DNA from: Candidatus Proteinoplasmatales archaeon SG8-5
GTDB lineage: Archaea; Thermoplasmatota; Thermoplasmata; SG8-5
DNA length: 53,836 bases
Reading direction: 5' to 3'
Assembly: GCA_001595885.1 (NCBI GenBank)
Contig: LSSH01000059.1
Coordinates: 1-53,836 of the forward strand
The notes under the pieces were generated by a model that searched no databases, was not told where the DNA came from, and saw only the letters and a program-made list of their open reading frames with translations. The translations under genes were made by a program, and so were the position numbers. Of this stretch, positions 19,869 through 28,927 are shown piece by piece (the stretch's first letter is position 1; each line of letters starts with the position of its first letter).

Positions 19869-20197
19869 GGCCCATCGATTGGATCGTCATTATTGCCGCG
19901 GTCGCGTACGTCGCACTGGCAGCCTTTTCAGTTAAGTTCCCCCGAGGCCGTGAGAATTGGCAAAGGGACAGAGTCGAGACCCTTTACCTGGTCATGAGCG
20001 CGACCGTGTTCCTGATGCTCCTTTTCTTACTCTGGTACGTGTCCGCGGTAATCGATTGGCCTGACGTGTTGACCATCATTGTCTGGTCCGGCGTCATCGT
20101 TCTCGTCATGCTGGTGCTCATAAGCATATTCATTCCCAGGGGCATACGCCTCACTTTCCCCGACAAGAGGAAGAATCCGTCGGAAGAGGAAGAATGA
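19865..20197 (+). CDS. Small 3-TM membrane protein
   Basis: TTGA overlap with the AAA stop codon; three hydrophobic helices. Confidence 0.7.
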   Translation: MRPIDWIVIIAAVAYVALAAFSVKFPRGRENWQRDRVETLYLVMSATVFLMLLFLLWYVSAVIDWPDVLTIIVWSGVIVLVMLVLISIFIPRGIRLTFPDKRKNPSEEEE

Positions 20198-20323
20198 CAG
20201 GCACAAATTGTAACGATCTCAGTAGTATGGACCTCCTACTTTATTCATTAAATTGTATACATATGTAAACAGTTTCGGTCATCCTTTAAGAACTCTTATA
20301 TTACTTTTAGCAATCTCAATATC

Positions 20324-21265
20324 GTGATCATCGAAAAGTATCGGGCCAAGAGCCTGGTCAGGGAGCAGAAGAACTCGACCGCCGTCCACCTAAACCCGTA
20401 CCAGGGATGCTATCATGATTGCGTGTACTGCGACGGTAAGGCAGAGAATTACCACATGCATGAGGACTTCGGAACCCGCATACGTGTGAAGGAGAACGCT
20501 CCCGAACTCCTTGAGGAATACCTGCGCAAGCGAGGGTTCCTGCCCGTTAACAGGGATAGGACCGGGACACTTGCAGATTACACCGGCGAAAAGGCCCATA
20601 TCCACAATGCCGGTGGAGAGCGCTTCACAATCGGCATTTCGGGTGGCGTGTGCGATATCTATCAGCCGGCAGAGGAAGAGGTGCGGATGTCGCGGCAGAT
20701 GCTTCAGATGGTGTATGATTACGGTTTCCCAGTTTTCCTGTTGACGAAGAACAAGCTGGTGCTCAGGGACCTGGACCTGCTGAAGAGGATCAACGATTTC
20801 GCCGGTGCAACGGTCTGCCTGACCGTCGTGTTCTCGGTCGAGAACGAACATCTCCGCGAGATTTTCGAGCCGCGTGCCAGCACCATTTCAGAGCGTTTCC
20901 AGGCTTTGGAAATACTGCACAATGCCGGTATAAATACGGGAATCTGGATGTTGCCTATCCTGCCGTGGATAGGTGATGACGATGACAACCTCGAGTCCAT
21001 GGTCAAGAGCGCTGCGGAGGCTTGTGTCCAATTCATCCTCCCGGGCGGTATGACGCTTAAACCGGGCAGGCAAAAAAGGCAGTTCTTAGGCGTGATCGGG
21101 GAGTATTTTCCAGAGCTCTTGGACAAGTATGCCAGGTTGTTCGGCAACGACCACAGGTACGGGCATATGGATGAAGCGGTCGTAAAGGAGTTCGGCATCT
21201 TCGATTGGTATCCCAAGATGGAGCGCCTTTGTGGGAAATACAATGTGCGGATGGAAAGTTGGTAG
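20324..21265 (+). CDS. Radical SAM protein, SPL-like/Rv2578c family
   Basis: LNPYQGCYHDCVYC, DIYQPAE, LTKNKLVLRDLDLL, FEPRAS, PILPWI. Confidence 0.88.
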   Translation: MIIEKYRAKSLVREQKNSTAVHLNPYQGCYHDCVYCDGKAENYHMHEDFGTRIRVKENAPELLEEYLRKRGFLPVNRDRTGTLADYTGEKAHIHNAGGERFTIGISGGVCDIYQPAEEEVRMSRQMLQMVYDYGFPVFLLTKNKLVLRDLDLLKRINDFAGATVCLTVVFSVENEHLREIFEPRASTISERFQALEILHNAGINTGIWMLPILPWIGDDDDNLESMVKSAAEACVQFILPGGMTLKPGRQKRQFLGVIGEYFPELLDKYARLFGNDHRYGHMDEAVVKEFGIFDWYPKMERLCGKYNVRMESW

Positions 21266-21558
21266 ATGGTGACCCGCATCGGCTTTGGGCATGCACCTGA
21301 TGTCCCCTTTATGAGCGGCTCTCCGCCCAATAGGTGTAAATCGCTGAACCACAAACTATATAATTCCCCCTTAACATTTATATACAATATCAACTTAACG
21401 GCATTTCCTGCTTATGCAACGCCCCGCCGGGGCCCACTGTTTAAGCGTGCGGCGAACGGCCGGCACAAGAGGTTTCGACCGGTGATTGATGCCATTTCCA
21501 ACGCCGCCCACATGTGGTGACTTGAGAAAAACCTGCCTCGGAGGGCACTCTCAGGTCA

Positions 21559-21590
21559 GACGTTCGATGACATGGTGATACTTGATCACC
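21559..21590 (+). other. 5' arm of pre-16S processing stem (BHB-like)
   Basis: GACGTTCGATGACA-T-GGTG-ATA-CTTGATCACC is complementary to 23387-23417. Confidence 0.8.
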
Positions 21591-21705
21591 CGCTTGAATT
21601 TAAGAACCCAAGCGAATGTGAACTTCTATGAAGTTCGGTGAACTTGCCATCACAAGTTCAAACTTAGGTAGTTTCAACCACTTCTTGACTTGTCAAGAAT
21701 GCTTA

Positions 21706-23172
<1,467 letters not shown>

Positions 23173-23386
23173 ACGAAATTTAACTTAATACAACCGGAGT
23201 TGGAGGTGACCGCCCGTTGAGACTCGCGAGATTATCGAGCGAGACGCTATGGGCGAATCACCTCCGATTCATAATTCTTGTATTGAGTACGGGACTCTGG
23301 CCTTGTGCCTGTGTCCCCATTTACCTGTTGCGTCTACAGACATCTCAGATGTCATTGCGCAAGTGTGCGAAGAAATGCCTGAGTTA

Positions 23387-23417
23387 GGTGGTCAAGCACC
23401 AATTGTCATCGAACGTC
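23387..23417 (+). other. 3' arm of pre-16S processing stem (BHB-like)
   Basis: GGTGGTCAAG-CACC-AAT-TGTCATCGAACGTC pairs with 21559-21590 around a 4-bp central helix. Confidence 0.8.
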
Positions 23418-23517
23418 ATTAGTATTTTAGAGTTGATTGACCGGGTAGTTTTGTGCGGTCAGCGCAGCGTTCAGCCGCTGCGCTCTACATCATAAATCCA
23501 CCAGGAGATTATCACCG

Positions 23518-24555
23518 CTACTTCTGGAAATCCTTCACCACCGCGGTCACGAGCTTTATCAGGTTCTTCAGGTCGTCGATGTGGATGCACTCGGTCGGGC
23601 TGTGAGTGTATCTCATTGGGATACCGATAGGTAGGATCGCCGAGCCGGATTCCTGCATCGCCATGCCGTCGGTGCTGCCGCCAGTGACGCCGATCTGGTA
23701 GGGGATTTTGGCTTTCCTGGCAATCTTCTCCACCATGTCGCGGAACTTGGGTGTTGCTATGACCCTAACGTCGACCATCCTCAGGACCGGGCCTTCTCCG
23801 AGCCTCTTGGGTTCATAGAAGTTACCGGTACCGGGGCAGTCGGTGCTCGAGTAGGTGTCCAGGGCGATGACATAGTCGAATTCGTTTGTGTTGGCAATCA
23901 CCCGGGCTCCACGGAGGCCCATCTCCTCCTGGACGCTCCACACCAGGCAGACCTCGCCCTTGAACCTCAGGTTCTTGATGTTCTCGTACACCTGCAGGAG
24001 GGCGGTGACGCTTGCACGGTTGTCCAGGCTCTTTGTGCATACGATCTTCCCGTTGAGCAGGAAGAAATCCTTCTTGATGGTGATGGGGTCAAGTAAGCGG
24101 ATCCCGATCCTCTCCGTCTCCTTCCTGCTGCGAGTGCCCACATCTATTACCATCTTGTCCCAGGTCTGTTTCTTCTTTTCCTCGCCCTCTATCTTGAGGT
24201 GCGGTGCGGGAAATCCTATGGTTCCGTTAACTGGACCCTTCGAGGTGTGGATGTCCACCCCGCGTGCAATGAGGACGTCGTCATAGATGCCGCCGACCTT
24301 CTTGAATTTCAGTGTCCCGTCATCGAGGATGTTAGTGACGACGAGACCGACCTCGTCCATGTGTGCCACGATGGCCAGCGATGGTGTTTTGGCGTTCTTC
24401 TTTCCGAGCCTGAGGATCAGATTGCCGATGTTGTCCTCCTCGATGTTCTTCGCGCCCGTCTTCTTCCTCACGTGCTTCCTGACCTGGTCCTCGTATCCGG
24501 ATATGCCCGGAGCCATGACCGCGTCCCTGAGCTCGTCGACTATGTCCTTCGCCAT
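23518..24555 (-). CDS. M42 family aminopeptidase (TET-like)
   Basis: AHMDEVG, KSLDNR, VQEEMGLRGA, GGSTDG, RYTHSP.E. Confidence 0.92.
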   Translation of the reverse strand: MAKDIVDELRDAVMAPGISGYEDQVRKHVRKKTGAKNIEEDNIGNLILRLGKKNAKTPSLAIVAHMDEVGLVVTNILDDGTLKFKKVGGIYDDVLIARGVDIHTSKGPVNGTIGFPAPHLKIEGEEKKKQTWDKMVIDVGTRSRKETERIGIRLLDPITIKKDFFLLNGKIVCTKSLDNRASVTALLQVYENIKNLRFKGEVCLVWSVQEEMGLRGARVIANTNEFDYVIALDTYSSTDCPGTGNFYEPKRLGEGPVLRMVDVRVIATPKFRDMVEKIARKAKIPYQIGVTGGSTDGMAMQESGSAILPIGIPMRYTHSPTECIHIDDLKNLIKLVTAVVKDFQK

Positions 24556-24647
24556 ATTATCGCTCCCTTAAGGTGATAAATAATCCAACGTTTGATGGGA
24601 TTACAGCCCCCTTTTATAATGACCCGATACTTTACAATCATTAATAA

Positions 24648-25766
24648 CTATTTCTTCTTGATGAAGGGCGTTTTCGTGGTCGTGCCGGTCAGATGGCGCC
24701 CGTGATACTCTAACCCAACCTCCAAATCGGGTTTGTAATATTCCCTGTCGAGGTAAGCCAGTGCTATCGAGTGGCCAAGTGTGGGAGAGTAATTGCCGCT
24801 GGAGACCGACCCCACTATTTCGTTTGGAGAATCCTTCAGGTAAACGGTGCTTCCCGTACGGGCGGGGGCCTTACCATTTATGTTTATGCCGATCATCTTC
24901 TGATGGGTTTTTGCGATCTTTTGGTGTTCCATGATTTCCTTACCCATGAAATCGTGGTCCCATTTTATGACCCATGAACAATTGGTCTCCATTGTGGTTC
25001 TGTCCCGGTTGAAATCCTGGCCGGATAATAGATAACCCATCTCCAATCTTAACGTGTCCCGGGCTCCAAGGCCAATCGGTAATATTCCACGGTTGATTAA
25101 GTGGTCCCAATATTCTTCCGCGAACGAATTTGGCAGGATAATCTCGAACCCTTCCTCTCCAGTATATCCCGTTCTAGATATTATTCCCAGATTGCCTTTT
25201 AGTTCGGTTTCGCTGATATCACTGATTTCCCGAAAATGTCCATCGTGAAAGTCATATGACTTAATTGAGAACTTCTGTATGCTTTCATATTCAGTACCAA
25301 AAAGTGCCTCCATATGTTTGAAAATTTCAGGTCCTTGAAGTGCAATACAAGTTAGGTCATGCGTCAGATTTATGATTTCTACACCAGCTTTTTCGATCAT
25401 CCAGTTTTGGACCGTGTCTACCATCGATGCGTTTGGTACGCAAAAAAAGACATTGTTCTCGAGTTTGGTCACGATTAAATCGTCGATTATTCTGCCGTCC
25501 TCATCCGGTAAGTGTGTGTATATGCTCTTACCAACCCCGACATCGGTTATATTATTCGTCAGTAAGGATTGTAGTTTTGAGTCCGGCGTATCATTGATTA
25601 GAAAGTCCCCCATATGCGACACATCGAAGATACCAGCCGAAGTTCTCACGGCCATGTGTTCCTTCAAAGTGCCCGCCTCATAGTGCAAAGGCATCTTCCA
25701 TCCGAAGAAATCTATGATATTGGCCTTTAACAGAGTGTGTTTGCCGAATAGTGCGGTTCGATTCAT
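24648..25766 (-). CDS. gcvT: Glycine cleavage system T protein (aminomethyltransferase)
   Basis: FFGWKMPLHY, FDVSHMG, IALQGP, SRTGYTGEEGFEI, GLGARDTLRLEMG. Confidence 0.95.
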   Translation of the reverse strand: MNRTALFGKHTLLKANIIDFFGWKMPLHYEAGTLKEHMAVRTSAGIFDVSHMGDFLINDTPDSKLQSLLTNNITDVGVGKSIYTHLPDEDGRIIDDLIVTKLENNVFFCVPNASMVDTVQNWMIEKAGVEIINLTHDLTCIALQGPEIFKHMEALFGTEYESIQKFSIKSYDFHDGHFREISDISETELKGNLGIISRTGYTGEEGFEIILPNSFAEEYWDHLINRGILPIGLGARDTLRLEMGYLLSGQDFNRDRTTMETNCSWVIKWDHDFMGKEIMEHQKIAKTHQKMIGININGKAPARTGSTVYLKDSPNEIVGSVSSGNYSPTLGHSIALAYLDREYYKPDLEVGLEYHGRHLTGTTTKTPFIKKK

Positions 25767-25912
25767 CGATGTGTGATATATCAACACTCATTAATACTTA
25801 ATTATACCGGGAAGCGTCATTTATTCACGGCATACAATTTGAGTCTCTCATCTCAGTCAGATTAAAGATATTGAAAAAGATTTTTATTTAGATATTGGAT
25901 TATGGTGATGAA

Positions 25913-26293
25913 ATGTCCATCAATGCTTTCCTCCACAAGTACAAGATTCCATTGTGTTCAATATTCATAATATTGGGGATAGTGCTCATCACATTCTGTG
26001 TGCCGGGCCTGCTCTACACAGAAGGGGATGTCGGAATAACCGCAACCGCCAATGATATTCTGGGTGATTGGGCATATTGGATTTTGATACTGGGCATCGC
26101 TTTATTGATCATAGGCGTGTTTTATGTTTACGGATACTTCAAGTATTTAAAAGAGTTTAAAGAACTTATGAAGATAAACAGTAAGGCCAAGTTCATAAAG
26201 AACCTTGATAGGATTGAGGAGCTCGCTTGGAGATTGCATCCGAGATTCGAGAACATCGTTATAGAAAAGAAAAAAGAGTTTCGGATAAAATAG
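25913..26293 (+). CDS. DUF3198-like small membrane protein
   Basis: 2 TM then SKAKFIKN..RIEELAW.L; GGTGA SD before ATG 25913. Confidence 0.7.
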   Translation: MSINAFLHKYKIPLCSIFIILGIVLITFCVPGLLYTEGDVGITATANDILGDWAYWILILGIALLIIGVFYVYGYFKYLKEFKELMKINSKAKFIKNLDRIEELAWRLHPRFENIVIEKKKEFRIK

Positions 26294-26468
26294 TACCTTG
26301 ATCATCCGAAGTATCTCATCCTTAATGGATAAAAAGGCCCATCACATGTACACAACGGAAGATTAAGACACATAAAACACATCTTCGGACACCACCCCTC
26401 GATAATCAACCCCAAACCTTTTTGTACGTTCTGTATAATCCCCCCCTGTCCCTTGACTTTCTTGTCAT

Positions 26469-26490
26469 TTCCACACGAAATACAGGGGTC
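26469..26490 (+). promoter_or_regulatory. ORB-like origin recognition box
   Basis: TTCCACACGAAATACAGGGGTC fits the TTCCA-N3-GAAA-N-GGGG ORB pattern; ends 33 nt before cdc6. Confidence 0.7.
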
Positions 26491-26523
26491 GGGCACCGGC
26501 CTATAAAGGGGGAGGCCAGACAC

Positions 26524-27771
26524 ATGCAAGAGAGCATATTCAAAGAGTATCTGAACACAAAGTCCATATTCAAAAAGGACAGGGAGGTCTTACGCCCGTC
26601 ATACATACCAGAGAAGCTCTTGCACCGTGACGCCCAAATCGATCAGATAGCTAGTATTTTATCTACCGCCCTTAAGGGCGAGCGCCCCTCAAATATCCTC
26701 ATTTTCGGCAAGACGGGTACCGGCAAGACAGCGACGGCAAAATATATCGGTAAAGAAATTACGAAGGCCACTCATGACCTACCAACGCCGTTCAAGGATA
26801 TCAGGTACATCTACATCAACTGTGAGGTTGTTGACACCCAATATGGCGTCCTGCAGAACATAGGCAACCGCTTCATCGAGGACTTTGACGAACGCATCCC
26901 GCCGACAGGTTGGTCAACGGAGAGGGTTTACAACATACTGTGGGAGAAGATAGATAATTCCCCCAAGGTAGTGGTGGTCGTTCTGGATGAGATAGACAGG
27001 TTCGTCTACAAGAGCGGAGACGACACCCTCTATCATCTAACTAAGATAAACGACGACCTGGACAATGCCAAGATCAGCATCATCGGCATATCGAACGACC
27101 TCAAGTTCACGGAACTTCTGGACCCCCGGGTCCGAAGTCGCCTCAGCGACGAGAAGATTGTGTTCCCGCCGTACGACGCTGACCAGCTCAAGGACATACT
27201 GTGGCAGAGGGCCGGAATGGCATTCGAGGACGGCATCATCGACGAAAGCGTAATATCCCTGTGCGCGGCCGTGGAAGCCCACGAGCACGGCGACGCAAGG
27301 CGCGCCCTGGACCTGCTCAGGGTTGCTGCGGAGACTGCCGAGAGGGGCAGGGACGACAACATCAGCGAGCAGCACGTTGTCAAGGCCAAGAACAAGATCG
27401 AACTCGACTGTGTGATCGAAGCGGTCAAAACCCTGCCGATACAATCCAAACTCGTTCTTTTGGGCATCCTGCTCGGGGAAGAGAACGGCAATTCAAGGCA
27501 AACCACCGGCGATGTATACGGGGCTTACAAGGAATTGGCCAAGAAATCCGGAACAAGTCTGCTAACCCAAAGACGGGTCGCCGACCTGATATCGGAGATG
27601 GACATGATGGGCCTGGTCAGCGCCCGGGTCAAGTCGTTCGGCCGCGGGGGCCGCACAAGGGAGATACAGCTGAGCGTACCGCTGATGGAGACAAAAAGGA
27701 TACTGGAAAAGGACCCGTCGCTTGAGCCAATTAAGAATCATAAGCTGAAGTATCAGAGCACACTAATCTGA
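26524..27771 (+). CDS. cdc6: Orc1/Cdc6 replication initiator
   Basis: YIPEKLLHRD, GKTGTGKT, VLDEID, DPRVRSRL, GDARRALDLLR, winged helix GRGGRT. Confidence 0.97.
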   Translation: MQESIFKEYLNTKSIFKKDREVLRPSYIPEKLLHRDAQIDQIASILSTALKGERPSNILIFGKTGTGKTATAKYIGKEITKATHDLPTPFKDIRYIYINCEVVDTQYGVLQNIGNRFIEDFDERIPPTGWSTERVYNILWEKIDNSPKVVVVVLDEIDRFVYKSGDDTLYHLTKINDDLDNAKISIIGISNDLKFTELLDPRVRSRLSDEKIVFPPYDADQLKDILWQRAGMAFEDGIIDESVISLCAAVEAHEHGDARRALDLLRVAAETAERGRDDNISEQHVVKAKNKIELDCVIEAVKTLPIQSKLVLLGILLGEENGNSRQTTGDVYGAYKELAKKSGTSLLTQRRVADLISEMDMMGLVSARVKSFGRGGRTREIQLSVPLMETKRILEKDPSLEPIKNHKLKYQSTLI

Positions 27772-28806
27772 GTTTCTGGGCGGGTCTTCGGCCACATCTT
27801 CAGAAATACCAACTTCATCATTCTCGGGTTCAGGGCTCCCTTCTGCATTTTGTGATTCCTGCTTGGCCGTCTTGTCGGGCTCCTTGGTTACCCCTTCTCT
27901 GTGTCTCGGTGTCTCCTCATTCGCCGTATCAGGCCCCTCTACTTCTCCGCCATCCTGAACGTCCTTACTATCTTTAACAAACAACCGCTTCCTTACACGG
28001 GGCCATCCGTAATCAAGGAAGATGGGTATGCTGATGATAATGATAATTACGGCAAAAAGACTTATCCAGCTGTTGCCAGGAGCGTCAACCGGATGGTCCG
28101 TAATCGACAGTTTGATGAGTCCGAACCACGGCAACTCGCCAATCGCCTTCCCGACGATCCACTCCTCCTTAACGGGGAGATAGGTCAACTGGTCGATGTT
28201 CGGGTTGTTATCTCCAAGGGTTATGTAACCGCTGTGCGGCTCCATTCGATGCAAATAGAAATTCCGAATAACCGTGGTCAGATTGATTGAAACGCTCTTA
28301 TGCGAATATCCGTAGTTATTAAGGATGACATTCTCTCTGCTCCCATATAATCCCAGGGAAGGGATGTCATACGAATAATTGCCATAATCAATACTGTTGC
28401 CCACTATTGGCGAGGCGTTTGAATTATTTACTTCTACCCAGACCAACAAACGATGTATAATTGGAACCCTTTCACGCAGCCCGTCAGGTCTATAGATGAC
28501 CACATCTCCGAACGAGCCGTATCTGCGGTACCCCGTAGCTTCCCCGTCCATGTATGACATCAGACCGTCGCTTCCTTCCACGTCCTTGACGAAGACCATG
28601 TCCCCGGTGTCTATCACGCCTATATAGCTCTTCCTTACACCCGGTGAGGGGGGATGCTCCATGCTCCCGGATTCAACGACCACCATGGGCGGCCAGACCC
28701 GGCAGTATGCATACAGGATAAGCATGACCAACAGGACCACGAAAAAGGCGAGCATCAGGTCTCGGGCAATACTAATCAGTAACCGCTTCATCTTCCTCTT
28801 GTCCAT
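27763..28806 (-). CDS. Signal peptidase I (S26, archaeal SEC11-like)
   Basis: TM followed by VVESGSMEH; IDTGDMV, PIIHR, TLGDNN, second TM, acidic tail. Confidence 0.9.
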   Translation of the reverse strand: MDKRKMKRLLISIARDLMLAFFVVLLVMLILYAYCRVWPPMVVVESGSMEHPPSPGVRKSYIGVIDTGDMVFVKDVEGSDGLMSYMDGEATGYRRYGSFGDVVIYRPDGLRERVPIIHRLLVWVEVNNSNASPIVGNSIDYGNYSYDIPSLGLYGSRENVILNNYGYSHKSVSINLTTVIRNFYLHRMEPHSGYITLGDNNPNIDQLTYLPVKEEWIVGKAIGELPWFGLIKLSITDHPVDAPGNSWISLFAVIIIIISIPIFLDYGWPRVRKRLFVKDSKDVQDGGEVEGPDTANEETPRHREGVTKEPDKTAKQESQNAEGSPEPENDEVGISEDVAEDPPRNSD

Positions 28807-28927
28807 GGTTAGGCTCCGTGTCGGGGTGCGTAAATTGGTTTTATATAAATATCCTTTTCTTCGCCCTCATTATCTGGCCGAAGACCCGACATAAAAACCC
28901 TTAAGTAATCACTGTTTCATAGCTGTA

